Assembly: GCA_026770705.1 (NCBI GenBank) | Contig: JANJGN010000021.1 | Coordinates: 100,068,001-100,132,000, forward strand | Length of the DNA: 64,000 nucleotides | Direction of reading: 5' to 3' | Origin: Isurus oxyrinchus | Lineage: Eukaryota | Part shown: positions 1 to 12,900 of the stretch, in pieces | Layout: each line of letters opens with the position of its first letter | Numbering within the stretch: position 1 is the first letter of the stretch | The notes under the pieces: model-generated | What the model saw: only the letters and a program-made list of their open reading frames with translations | What the model was told of the DNA's origin: nothing | Database searches by the model: none | Program-made: the position numbers and the translations under genes

Positions 1-3000
1 AAACTGATTCAGCACCTCAAACTGATACAGCACCTCAAACTGATACAGCACCTCAAACTGATTCAGCACCTCAAACTGATTCAGCACCTCAAACTGATAC
101 AGACCTTGAAAATAAAGCATTCCCTCAAACTATTACCATCCCTCAAACTAATACATTCCCTCAAACTAATAGTGTCCCTCTATATAGTACGGCCCCTCAA
201 ACTGATACAATTCCAGCATCTGATACAGCCCCTCAAACTAATACCATCCATCAAACTGATACAGTCCCTCAAAATGATACAGTCCCTCAAACTGATACAG
301 TCCCTCAAAATGATACAGCCCCTCAAAATGATACTGTCCTTCAAACTGCTACAGTCCCTCAAACTTCTACAGTCCCTCAAACTGAGACAGCCCCTCAAAC
401 TTCTACAGTCCCTCAAACTGAGACAGCCCCTCAAACTGAGACAGCCCCTCAAACTGATACAGCCCCTCAGACTGATACAGCCCCTCAGACTGACACAGTC
501 CCTCAAACTGAGACAGAACCTCACACTGAGACAGAACCTCACACTGAGACAGAACCTCACACTGAGACAGCCCATCAAACTGATAGAGATCCTCAAAATA
601 ATACTTTCCCATAAACTAATACATCCCCTCACACTAATAGAGTCCATCAATCTTGTACAGCCCCTCAAACAGATAAAATTCCACCATCTGATACAGCCCC
701 TCAAACTGATACAGAACCTCACACTGAGACAGACCCTCACACTGAGACAGCCCCTCACACTGAGACAGAACCTCACACTGAGACAGAACCTCACACTGAG
801 ACAGAACCTCACACTGAGACAGAACCTCACACTGAGACAGCCCCTCAAACTGATACAGCCCCTCAATGTTTTAGAGTCCCTCAAACAAATACCCTCCCTC
901 AAACTGATACCCTCCCTCAAACTGATACAGCCCCTCAAACTGATACAGCCCCTCAAACTGATACAGCCCCTCAACGTTTTAGAGTCCCTCAAACAAATAC
1001 CATCCCTCAAACTGATACAGCCCCTCAAACTGATACAGCCCCTCAACGTTTTAGAGTCCCTCAAACAAATACCATCCCTCAAACTGATACCCTCCCGCAA
1101 TCTGATACAGCCCCGCAATCTGATACAGCCCCGCAATCTGATACAGCCCCTCACACTGATACAGCCCCTCACACTGATACAGCCCCTCACACTGATACAG
1201 CCCCTCACACTGATACAGCCCCTCACACTGATACAGCCCCTCACACTGATACCGTCCCTCAAACTGATACTGCCCCACAATCTGATATGGTCCCACAATC
1301 TGATACGGTCCCACAACCTGATACGGTCCCACAATCTGATACCCTCCCTCAAACTGATACCGTCCCTCAAACTGATACCGTCCCTCAAACTGATACCGTC
1401 CCACAAACTGATACAGCCCCTCAAACGGATATCGTCTTTCAAACTGATACCGTCCCACAGTCTGATACCGTCCCACAATCTGATACAGTCCCACAATCTG
1501 ATACAGTCCCACAATCTGATACAGTCCCACAATCTGATACAGCCCCTCAAAGTTTTAGAGCCCCTCAAACTAATACCATCCCTCAAACTGATCCAGTCCC
1601 TCAAACTAATACCATCCCACAAACTGATACAGTCCCACAATCTGATACAGTCCCACAATCTGATACAGTCCCACAAAATGATACAGTCCCACAATCTCAT
1701 ACAGTCCCACAAACTGATACAGCCCCTCAAACTGATACAGCCCCTCAAACTAATACCATCCCTCAAACTGATCCAGTCCCTCAAACTGATACCGTCCCAC
1801 AAACTGATACCGTCCCACAATCTGATACAGTCCCACAATCTGATACAGTCCCACAATCTGATACAGTCCCACAATCTGATACCGTCCCTCAAACTGATAC
1901 AGCCCCTCAAACTGATACCGTCCCTCAAACTGATACCGTCCCTCAAACTGATACCGTCCCTCAAACTGATACCGTCCCTCAAACGGATACCGTCCCTCAA
2001 ACGGATACCGTCCCTCAAACGGATACCGTCCCTCAAACGGATATCGTCTTTCAAACTGATACCGTCCCACAGTCTGATACCGTCCCTCAAACTGATACAG
2101 TCCCACAATCTGATACAGCCCCTCAAACTGATACAGCCCCTCAAAGTTTTAGAGCCCATCAAACTAATACCATCCCTCAAACTGATACAGTCCCACAAAA
2201 TGATACAGCCCCTCAAACTGATACAGCCCCTCAAACTGATACAGCCCCTCAAACTGATACAGCCCCTCAAACTGATACAGCCCCTCAAACTGATACAGCC
2301 CCTCAAACTGATACAGCCCCTCAAAGTTTTAGAGCCCCTCAAACTAATACCATCCCTCAAACTGATCCAGTCCCTCAAACTAATACCATCCCACAATCTG
2401 ATACAGTCCCACAATCTGATACAGTCCCACAAAATGATACAGTCCCACAAAATGATACAGCCCCTCAAACTGATACAGCCCCTCAAACTGATACAGCCCC
2501 TCAAACTGATACAGCCCCTCAAACTTATCCCATCTCTCAAACTGATACAGTTCCTCAAACTGATACAGCCCCTCAAAATAATGCACTCATTCAAACTAAT
2601 ACGTCCCCTCAAACTAATACATTCCCTCAATCTAGTACAGCCCCTCAAACTGATACAATTCCATCATCTAATACAGCCCCTGAAAGTGATGAAGTCCATC
2701 AAACTGACACACTCCCTCAAACTGACACACTCCCTCAGACTGACACACTCCCTCAGACTGACACTCCCTCAAACTGCCACACTCCCTCAAACTGCCACAC
2801 TCCCTCAACCTGACACACTCCCTCAAGCTTATACAGCCCCTCAAGCTGATACAGCACTTCAAACTGCTACAGTCCCTCAATCTAACACAACCCCTCAAAA
2901 CGATACAGCACTTCAAACTGATACGGTCCCTCAAACTGATACAGTCCCTCAAAATGGCACACTCCCTCAAACTAATACCATCCCTCAAACTAATACATCC

Positions 3001-3363
3001 CCTCAAAATAATAGTCCCTCAAACTGATACAGCCCCTCAAACTGATACAGCCCCTCAAACTGATACAGACCCTCAAACTGATACAGACCCTCAAACTGAT
3101 ACAGACCCTCAATATAATAGTCCCTCAAAATAATAGTCCCTCAAACTAATGCAATTCCACCATCTAATACAGTCCCTCAAACTGATACAGTCCCTCAAAC
3201 TGATACAACACAACACCTCAAACTGATACAACACCTCAAACTGATACAGCCCCTCAAATTGATACAGTCCCTCAATCTAGTCCAGCCCCTCAAACCAATA
3301 CAGTCCCTCAAACTGATACAGCCCCTGAAACCAACACAGATCCTCAAACTAATAAATCCCTCA
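1..3363. repeat. 18-bp tandem satellite (consensus ~CCCTCAAACTGATACAGC), resumes briefly at 4248-4305
   Basis: The 18-nt period is directly visible, with variant sub-blocks (CACACTGAGACAGAAC, CCCACAATCTGATACAGT). The array runs off the left edge of the window. Confidence 0.95.
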
Positions 3364-3463
3364 GATAAAAACCAAGAAAACTGCGGATGCTGGAAATCCA
3401 AAACAAAAACAGAATTACCTGGAAAAACTCAGCAGGTCTGGCAGCATCGGCGGAGAAGAAAAG

Positions 3464-3502
3464 AGTTGACGTTTCGAGTCCTCATGACCCTTCGACAGAA
3501 CT
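3464..3502 (-). ncRNA. Minimal type I hammerhead-ribozyme-like motif in Penelope pLTR
   Basis: Reverse complement reads AGTT-CTGTCGA-A-GGGTC-ATGAG-GACTC-GAAAC-GTC-AACT: helix I, core, helix II, GAAA and a palindromic ACGT helix III. The core has U at position A6. Confidence 0.6.
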
Positions 3503-4148
3503 TGATTTCGAGTCCAAGAAAGAGTTGAAATATAAGCTGGTTTAAGGTGTGTGTGTGGGGGGGGCGGAGAGAGAGTGAGAGACAGAGGTGCTTGTGTAGA
3601 CAAACAAGCAGTGATAGAAGCAGATCATCAAAAGATGTCAGCGACAATGGTACAAAAGAACACATAGGTGTTAAAGTTAAAGTTGGTGATATTATCTAAA
3701 CGAATGTGCTAATTAAGAATGGATGGTAGGGCACTCAAGGTACAGCTCCAGCGGGGGTGGGGGGAGCACAAAAGACTTTAAAATATTTAAAAACAATGGA
3801 AATAGGTGGGAAAAGAAAAATCTATAAAATTTATAGGGAAAAAAAAGGGGAAAAAAAGGGGGAAACAGAAAGGGGGTGGGGATGGGGGAGGGAGCTCACG
3901 ACCCAAAGTTATTGAATTCAATATTCAGACCGGAAGGCTGTAAGGTGCCCATTCGTTTAGATAATATCACCAACTTTAACACCTATGTGTTCTTTTGTAC
4001 CATTGTCGCTGACATCTTTTGATGATCTGCTTCTATCACTGCTTGTTTGTCTACACAAGCACCTCTGTCACTCACTCTCTCTCCGCCCCCCCCCACACAT
4101 ACACCTTAAACCAGCTTATATTTCAACTCTTTCTTGGACTCGAAATCA

Positions 4149-4187
4149 AGTTCTGTCGAAGGGTCATGAGGACTCGAAACGTCAACT
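4149..4187 (+). ncRNA. Minimal type I hammerhead-ribozyme-like motif in Penelope pLTR
   Basis: AGTTCTGTCGAAGGGTCATGAGGACTCGAAACGTCAACT, the same architecture as the copy at 3464-3502. Confidence 0.6.
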
Positions 4188-5572
4188 CTTTTCTTCTCCG
4201 CCGATGCTGCCAGACCTGCTGAGTTTTTCCAGGTAATTCTGTTTTTGTAATAAATCCCTCAACCTGATACAGTCCCTCCAAGTAATACAGTCCCTTAAAC
4301 TTATTCAGGGAATCAGAAAATCATGTTTAAGAATTCTTTCATGAGAAATTAACGTTGCTGGCTAGGCCCGCTTTTTTATCCCTCCCTAATTGCCCTTGAG
4401 AAGGTGCTCGTGAGTTCCGTTCTTAGACAGCTGCAGTCCATCTGGAGCAGGTATACCTCATGTACTCAGTGGGGCCCTGCGCTCAGCTTCATTTTTGGGC
4501 TCACCCACCGCACACCCATCCTTCCCCCTCCCCCAGAACCCAAATGCTGAAGTCAAGAAAATACACACATTGATCTGTGTGTCTTCACGTGTAAGAACCT
4601 GCCTGTGTGCAGCAATCGTGAACTAGTCCTAGCTCCACAAAAGGACACCCTGGGCTTTGTCCGTGCTGAAATCTTGTTCCTGTACGGCGGCTCGGATCCC
4701 CAACTCGCTTTCCGCCTGTTTTATATCAACCTGGGCGATTAACATTGTATTAACCGCCCTGAGTATATTCTGCAATGAAAGCAAAATACCGCGGATGCTG
4801 GAAACCTTAAATAAAAATAAATCACCAGCCCTGGCCCTGCATTCGCTCCCTAACGACACCGTCCGAAAAACCTGCAGACCCAGGGAATCCACAACATCAA
4901 ATGAAATGAGCAGAATTACTGAAACCTTGCTAAGTATAATGGAAAAGTAATTTATTGGAAGGCTTGTTAATAATGTGGGAAGCGATTAAACACATACAGC
5001 TCCTTCTCATCTATACCGCCATTCTTACTATCAGGTCCCCAACATGCTTTGTAAGTGTTATTTTTAGTTTTAGTTCAACCACCAAGCGAGACTACCACAC
5101 AGGAACGAGTGTCCAAAGCAGTGAGTTAAGGAGTGTGACAGTAAACGTATCCAATGGGGGATGTGCAGGGAACAGGGATTTTAAAGCCAAATTATTTTTC
5201 GGGAAACAATTAGCACCTCGGCACTGATGCAAACCGAAGGCAGCTGACAGCTAACGCCGGGAAACTGGCAGGGCTCAATCAGAACTGACCAGAGTTTGCA
5301 GAAGGAAGGGGTTTCAGGACAGTTTCTTTCACCTGAAGAGTTCTTGGTAAATCCAGCTTCAACCTGTTGAAAGGGACATTGGAATAAACATTTAGAATGT
5401 GGGAGAGTTCCAAAATTGAATAAACAAAATTACTTTTGGTTCGTGGAAAGGATGATGTGGGGGCGGATATAAACTATGCCGTTATAATAACATATCAACT
5501 ATAAAATTCACCACGCTTAACACATAGGGCAGAATTTTGAGTTTGAGGGGCTCTATCAGTTTGAGGGACTCT

Positions 5573-5785
5573 TTGTCCTTTAGCTCATGACAACTTTGTC
5601 TGTCCCCCTTTGTCCCCACCTATCACTGACCTTCTATCCAGCTCCGTCTGCGCCCCCGCCCCCCCCAACCAACCCCCAACAGTATAAATTTCATCATATT
5701 TATATCTCTCTCCAGCTCTGATGGGGGATCATTCAGACTCGAAACATGAACTCTTGTTTCTCTCTCCGCAGATGCTGGAAATCTT
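5573..5785 (+). mobile_element. Degenerate Penelope pLTR fragment
   Basis: CTCTGATGG...GACTCGAAACATGAACTC...TCTCTCCGCAGATGCTGG is homologous to the pLTR at 4140-4215. Confidence 0.6.
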
Positions 5786-6414
5786 GTTTTGTTGGTTGAA
5801 TATGTTTGTAAATAAATATATACAGTGAAATGTATTGATATTGTTTAATCTCCACTCGAAGTGCACCAACAGAAACAGACCTTAACTATTTACTGACAGG
5901 TAAACAGCAGGACTTCACAGTTAATGTAGTCAAATCCTCCGCATAATGATTTCTCTTACTCTGACTATAGTTACTGAAAGCACTTTAGCTGTTTTAGTGC
6001 TTAGTGAACTCCCTCCTCCAGCGGAGTCCTGAGAATCTGTGTCACAAGTGTTGTATGTTTATGATCTACCTGTTACAGGGGCTGAATATTGGACTTTAGA
6101 GTTTGAATCATCCACTTCGATAACTGATTAATGTTTGACAGACCAGTAATGAGCTATGATTCAGAGTCTCTACACATGTAGCCTACACCGACCTCTGGTC
6201 ACAGCTCAGTGAGGTGGGTCCTCGCCGGGAAGGACACGTATAAATGAAAAACATTTGGTATAGATTTTCGTAAAATGGAGATCAGCCTGAGGGCAGTAAA
6301 GTAATAGCATTATTAAATTGTCACTAATGAAATAAACAGAGTACTGCCTCAAGAGATAAATCAATTCAATTTCTGAACGTTACAAAATAACTGGTGACTG
6401 TGATTCATTCTCAA

Positions 6415-9140
6415 GTTACATAGAAACATAGAAACCAGGAGCAGTAGGCCATTCGGCCCTTCAAGCCTGCTCCGCCATTCATTGTGATCATAACTGATCA
6501 TCTAACTCAATAGCTTTCTCTCCATATCCTTTGATCCCTTTCACCCCAAGAGCTCTATCTAACTCCTTCGTGAAAACATACAATGTTTTGGCCTCAATTA
6601 CTTCGTGTGGTAGTGAATTCCACAGGCTCACTACTCGCTGGGTGAAGAACTCTCCCCTCATCTCAGTCCTAAGTGGTCTACCCCGTATCCTCAGACTGTG
6701 ACCCCTGGTTCTGGACTCCCTCACCATCGGGAACATTCTTCTTGCATCTACCATGTCTAGTCCTGTTAGAATTTTATAGGTTTCAATGAGAACCCCCCTC
6801 ATTCTTCTGAACTCTAGCAAATATAATCCTAACCGACTTAATCTCTCCTCATATGTCAGTCCCGCCATCCCAGGAATCAGTCTGGTAAACCTTTGCTGCA
6901 CTCCCTCTATAGCAAGAACATCCTTCCTCAGATAAAGAGACCAAAACTGCACTCAAAATTCCAGGTGTGGTCTCACCAAGGCCCTGAATAATTGCAGCAA
7001 GATATCCCTGTTCCTGTACTCAAATCCTCTGGCTATGGAGGCCAATATACCATTTGCTTTCTTTACCGCCTGCTGTACCTGCATGCTTACCTTCAGCGTC
7101 TGGTGTACAAGGACACCCAGGTCTCGTTGCACATTTTCCTCTCTCAATTTATAACCATTCAGATAATAATCTGCCTTCCTGTTTTTGCTACCAAAGTGGA
7201 TAACCTCACATTTATCCACATTATACTGCATCTGCCATGCATTTGCCCACTCACTCAGCCTGACCAAATCACACTGAAGCATCTCTGCATCCTCCTCACA
7301 ACTCACCTCCCACCCAGCTTTGTGTCATCTGCAAATTTGGAGATATCACATTTAGTTCCCTCATCCAAATCATTAATGTATATTGTGAATAGCTGGGGTC
7401 CCAGCACTGATCCCTGTGGTGCCCCACCAGTCAGTTGCCTGTCATTTGGAAAAATATCCATTTATTCCTACTCTTTGTTTCCTGTCTGCCAACCAGTTTT
7501 CTATCCATCTCAAAACACTACCCATAATCCCATGTGCTTTAATTTTAGATGCTAATCTCTTATGTGGACTTTGTCGAAAGCCTTCTGAAAGTCCAAATAA
7601 ACCACATCCACTGGCTCCCCCTCATCAACTCTACTAGTTTATGTACTTGAAATATTACAGATTTGTCAAGCATGATTTCCCTTTCATCTGATTCTACCAC
7701 TGATTTCCAAGTGCTTAGCTATTAAATCTTTTATAATGGACTCCAGAATTTTCCCCACCACTGACATCAAGCTGACTGGTCTATAATTCCCTGCTTTCTC
7801 TTTACCTCCCTTTTTAAATAGTGGGGTTCCATTAGCTAGTCTCCAATCTGTAGGAACTATTGCAGAGTCTATAGAATCTCAGAAGATGACCACCAATGCA
7901 TCCACTATTTCTAGGGCCACTTCCTTAAGTACTCTGGGATGTAGATTGTCAGGCCCTGGGGATTTATAGGTCTTCAATCCCATCAATTTCCCCAACAACA
8001 TTTCCCTACTAATACTGATTTCTTTCAGTCCCTCCCTCTCACTAAACCCTGTGTTCCCCAACATTTCTGGTATGTTATTTGTGTCTTCCTTTGTGAAGAC
8101 AGAACCAAAATATGTATTTAGTTGATCAGCCATTTCTTTGTTCCCCATTATAAATTCCCCTGTTTCTGACTGTAACGGATCTACGTTTGTCTTCACCAAT
8201 CTTTTTCTCTTCACTTACCTATAGAAACTTTTACAGTCAGTTTTTATGTTCCCCACAAGCTTATTCTTGTACTCTATTTTCCCCTTCTTAATAAATCCCT
8301 TGGTCTTCCTTTGCTGAATTCTAAACTGCTCCCAATCCTCAGGTCTGTTGTTTTTTTCTGGCCAATTTGTGTGTCTCTTCCTTGGATCTAATACTATCTC
8401 TAATTTCCCTTATGAATCATAGTTTGGCCACCTTTCCTGTTTTACTTTTGTGCCAGACAGGAATAAACAATTATTGCAGTTCACCCTTGTGATCTTTGAA
8501 AGTTTGTCATTGCCTATCCATCATCATCCCTTTCAGTAACATCGCCCAATCCAACACAGCAAACTCGCCATCATACCATCATGGTTTCCTTTATTAAGAT
8601 TCAGGACCCTAGTCTCAGAATCAACGACGTCACTCTCCATCTTGATGAAGAATTCTATCATATTTTGGTTGATCATCCCCAAGGGGCCTCACACAACTAG
8701 ATTGCCAATTATTCCTTTCTCATTACACAATACCCAGTCTAGGATGGCCTGTTCTCTAGTTGGTTCCTCAACGTATTGGTCCAGAAAACTATCCCGTATA
8801 CATTGCTGGAATTCCTCCTCTACGGTATTGCTAGTAATTTGATTTGCCCAATCTATACGCAGATTAAAGTCACCCATCATTACAGATGTTCCTATATTGC
8901 ATGCATCTCTAATTACATGTTTAATGCCATCCCAACATTGCCACTACAATTTGGGGGTCTACATACGACCTCCAGTAATGTTTTATGCCCCTTAGTGTTT
9001 CTCAGCACTACCCATACAGATTCCACATGGTTGGAGCTAATATCTTTCTTAACTATTGCGTTCATCTCCTCTTTAACCAGCAAAGCAACTCCACCGCCTT
9101 TTCCTTTTGTCTGTCCATCCTAAATATACAACCCCCAGGA
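6415..9140 (-). mobile_element. CR1-type LINE, long decayed ORF2 (APE endonuclease + RT) with 3' tail
   Basis: Minus-strand ORF fragments include MGDFN..DW, KSPGPDNLHPRVLKE, WQMQYNVDKCEVIHFG, QRDLGVLV and QFWS..RKD..RTRGHSL. The (TTCTATGT)n tail lies at ~6417-6434. Stops and frameshifts interrupt the ORF. Confidence 0.93.
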
Positions 9141-9694
9141 ACGTTTTTTGCCCCTTAGTGTTTTTTAGTGTTACTTTGTTATCTAATGCCTGTAATGAAG
9201 TCAACTATTCGAAGGCATGTCACACAAGGAATAATCCAACATAATATCAAACTACATACTTGGTGACCAAAAACCTGGTAAAATTACTAGGTTTAGAGCT
9301 AGTCTTAAAGGAGGAGAAGGGAGGGAGAGACAGAAATGCTCACAGAGGGAACTCTGGAAGTAAAAGCCCAGGCAGCTGAAGACACAGCCCAATCCTGTCC
9401 CTTTCAGAGGCACCTGAAAGAGCTTCTTTTCCAGTGCAGCATGTTTCATGATCTCAGAACGCTCGAAATCTTTTCAAATCAAATTTACTGGAACAGGCTG
9501 TTCAGCCCAACAGGTCTATGCCAGTGTTAATGCCCCACACGAGCCTCCTCCCACCCCCTTCATCTCATCCCATCACATATCCTTCATGGCCTTCTATTCC
9601 TTTCTTCCTCATCCGTTTATCCAGCTTCCACTTGAATGGATCCACAATATTCGACTCAATCACTCCTTGTGGTCGAGAACTACAGCTCCTCATG

Positions 9695-9900
9695 TGCACA
9701 GCATGATCCCACAAACAGCAAAGGAGCGATGACTGGATAAGTTTGTTTTTAGGTGATGTATCATGAGGGATAAATATTGGCCAGGAAACCTGGGAGAACT
9801 TCCTTCTGCACTGCTTCCAACAGTGGCCATGGGAGTTTTTATATCCAGTTGAGAGAGCAGATGGGAAGGTTTTAATGTTTTATCCTGAAAGATGTTTCAG
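9695..9900 (-). mobile_element. Deu-domain-type SINE fragment
   Basis: GAGGGATAAATATTGGCCAGG..GCCATGGGAGTTTTTATATCCA..GAGAGAGCAGATGGG resembles the DeuSINE central domain (recognised from memory, not aligned). Confidence 0.55.
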
Positions 9901-10640
9901 TCTAGTAATCAACAACTCGCTAAACGTAGTAAAACTCCCCAAAATGACTCAATCAAGCGATTGTCAAACAAATATTGACACTGAGCCACAGATGGAGACA
10001 TTAGGACCAGTAACTAAAAGCTTGGTCAGAGAGATTCATTTGAATCAAAGGAAGGAGGAAAGAGATGGAGAGGTTTAACGAGAGAATTCAGAGATCAGGG
10101 CCCAGCTAGCTGAAGGCACAGCTGCCAACAGAGGAGCGATTAAACTTCAAGAGGCCAGAACTAAAACAGGACAGAAATCTGAGGGATGTAGGAGATGAAG
10201 GGTGTTGCAGGGATAGGGCGGGGTGTAGGGGCTGGAGGAGTTTACAGAGATAGGGAGGTGTATAGGAGCTAGAGGAGGTTACAGAGATAGGGAGGGATGT
10301 AGAGGCTGGAGGAGGTTGTAGAGATAGGGAGGCATGCAGGGGCTGGAGGAGGTTACAGAGATGGGGAGAATGCAGGGGCTGGGGGAGATTACAGAGATAA
10401 AGGTGTAGGACCTGAGGAGGTTAGAGATACTGAGGGGTATAGGGGCTGGAGGCGGTTACAGACAGGAAGGAGTGTAGAGGCTAGAGGAGGCTACAGAGAT
10501 ATTAAGGGATGTAGGGGCTGGAGGAGGTTACAGAGATCGGGATGTATGACTGGAGGATGCTAGAGATAGGAAGGGGTGTCGGGGCTTGAAGAGGCTACAG
10601 AGATAGGGTGGGGTGCAGGGGCTCAAAGTGGTTACAGTGG
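9900..10640. repeat. L2-like LINE fragment ending in a ~37-bp tandem array (GTAGGGGCTGGAGGAGGTTACAGAGATAGGGAGG..)
   Basis: GCTRGAGGAG recurs at 10231, 10268 and 10305 (period 37), about 12 copies. The flanking sequence resembles a LINE 3' region. Confidence 0.7.
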
Positions 10641-12574
10641 TCTGTGGGGAGGGGCTAACAGGCAGGGTGTAATGGGGACCTACTCACCAGGGATTGTGAA
10701 AGACTTTGAATAAACACTTGTGCTTTTTTCCCAAACATTTGCTCACAGTACAGATTGATTCACTGGAACTCCCCACCTAACAGCATTGTAGGTGCAGTTT
10801 ACCACACAAACTGCAGCGTTTCAAGGAGAATGAGGAATGGGAAATAAATGCCAACCTTGCTACTGACATTCACATCAAGAAGCCGGTCACCACCAGCTTC
10901 TCAAGAGGAATCTGGGAGGAAGCAATAACTTCCGGCGTTGCCAGTTTATTCCAGTGAATAAATCCCAGTGAGACTGTGTTGAGTTTTTACCATGTCATGG
11001 CCAGTACAGGTGTGTCATATTACAAACTTTCAGTCAATACCTGTTTAAAATTGTACACAAATAAGATATTAATCTCGCTGCAGCAAATCATGTGACTTTT
11101 TCCATGTGGACTACAGACAGTGCCAAGTCTCCAGTGAATACCTAATTTAATATGGACTTAAGTGTGGGTTCCTCACAGCCATTTATGGAATTCACACATC
11201 TCATTGTTTAAGGATGGAGCAACACTGAACACCTTTGGCATTTCCAGACTGCCTGTCTCCATGTTTCATACTGGACAAAAGGGAAGGTCGAAACTCAATG
11301 GCAACTTTCAACTTCCCCTTGTCTCACAACGGCCTCCTCCATCCAAACTAGACTGAGTGGGCCTCTCGTAATTCAAAGGTCATGTGATCAAAGCTGGTTT
11401 CAGGTCTGCACCCCTCCCAGTCATCAGCCTGTCTGTGAACCAGATTCTGAAACTAGCTGCAAGACAGCAAACAGCCAACGTAATTAACCTGTTCCATTTT
11501 CAAAGTTCACCTGAGAACCAACCTCCTAGATAGTTAACTGCAAAAAATTTGCAACCTGCTGTGAACCCTTCACTTTACAAGGCCCTCACTTCAACTTTAA
11601 AATCACCAAATCTCTTCAACAAACTATAGGCCTGCCGTCTGAGAAACAGAAATCATAAATCAGAGACTGAATTAACTGTAATGTATAAAAATGCACTCTC
11701 TTTATTTGTGTCCAATCTTTGTGTGTGAATGTGCAGACATGATACCAAGTGTATGATGTTGCATTAATTTGATGTAAATGTGCAAGAATAAATGATGGTA
11801 TTTTTTTAAAACTTATAAAAGCTTGCTGCTGAACATTTTAAATTGTACACACACTGCAAGAGTAAGAAAAAACACGTCACTTTCCATACAAACATACTGA
11901 TTACAGGCAATAAGAAAGCAAATACATTCTGTCTGCGACATCTGTAAATGGGACAGAACAAACATATATATAGACAAAACCATTACCCTGCCCACAAAAG
12001 CCCACACAATACCCCAGTCTCATTCCGCTGAACCCCTTACTCAATTCCACATTTCCCCCTCCCTACTTTCCCCTCTCCCACTTCCCATCTTATCAATCCT
12101 CCCAATTACACACCCTCCATTCCCCTCATTTCTCCTTGTCCATTCTCCCCTCCTGCAGTCCCTCTCCCCCTCTCACATTACCTCTTCCCAATTAGTTGAG
12201 GCATCAGCACCGATACCTGTAATTTCTCTCTTTTTTACATCCTTTGCTGGTTTTTAAAGTTTTTACAATCTTCTGATCTACTACCACTAATCTTTGCAAC
12301 ATTAGACACATTTTCTTACAATTTGATACCATCCTTAACTTGCTTAGTTTGACATTGATGTGGCCCCTCCTCCTAGAGTCTTTCCTTCTCAATGGAATAT
12401 ATCTTCCTTGAGTTATGAGATACATCAATAGGTATCTCCCAGTGTCTTACCTTCAAACTACTCTCCCAGTCTACTTGTCCAAGTCTAGATTCATAAATTT
12501 ATAATGATCTTTATTGAAGTTTAAAAGGCTAGTTTTAGACCCAAGTTTCACAACTTCAAAGTAAATGTAATCTT

Positions 12575-12900
12575 TTACAGTACAGCACTCCCTCAGTCCT
12601 TCCGCTGTGACAGAGCAGCACACCCTTAGCACTTCCCTTCCAAAAGTGCAGCACTCACTCAGTACCACCTCTCCAACAATGCTGCAGCTCCTCAGTACTG
12701 CCCACAGAGATTGCAGCACTCCCTCAGAAGTGCCAATCCAAAATTGCAGCACTCCCTCAGTAGTGCCCCTCTGACAGTGCAGCATTCAGTCAAAACTGCC
12801 CCTCTGACAGTGCAGCACTTCCATAATACCGACCCCCCCCCGAAAGCGTAGCACTCCTTCAGTACCCACCCTCACAGATGCAGCACTTCCTGGGCAAACA
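12575..12900. repeat. ~32-33-bp degenerate minisatellite (CCTCTGACAGTGCAGCACTCCCTCAGTAC), Deu-SINE-related
   Basis: About 9-10 recurrences of GCAGCACTCCCTCAG-like motifs. Confidence 0.7.

Larger units (their letters stand above)
3364..4247 (-). mobile_element. Penelope-like retroelement 3' fragment with inverted pseudo-LTR, inserted in the 18-bp satellite
   Basis: Minus strand near 3949-3895 encodes the GIY-YIG C-terminus (GTLQPSGLNIEFNNFG). Arms 3404-3706 and 3950-4247 are near-perfect inverted repeats. The 14-bp direct repeat TAATAAATCCCTCA flanks it at 3350-3363 and 4248-4261. Confidence 0.85.

Noticed and set aside
106-3027. 973-aa, 822-aa and 508-aa ORFs
   Set aside because: These are translations of an 18-bp satellite, open because the unit is a multiple of 3. 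The starts are mostly non-ATG, and there are no domains or splice context.
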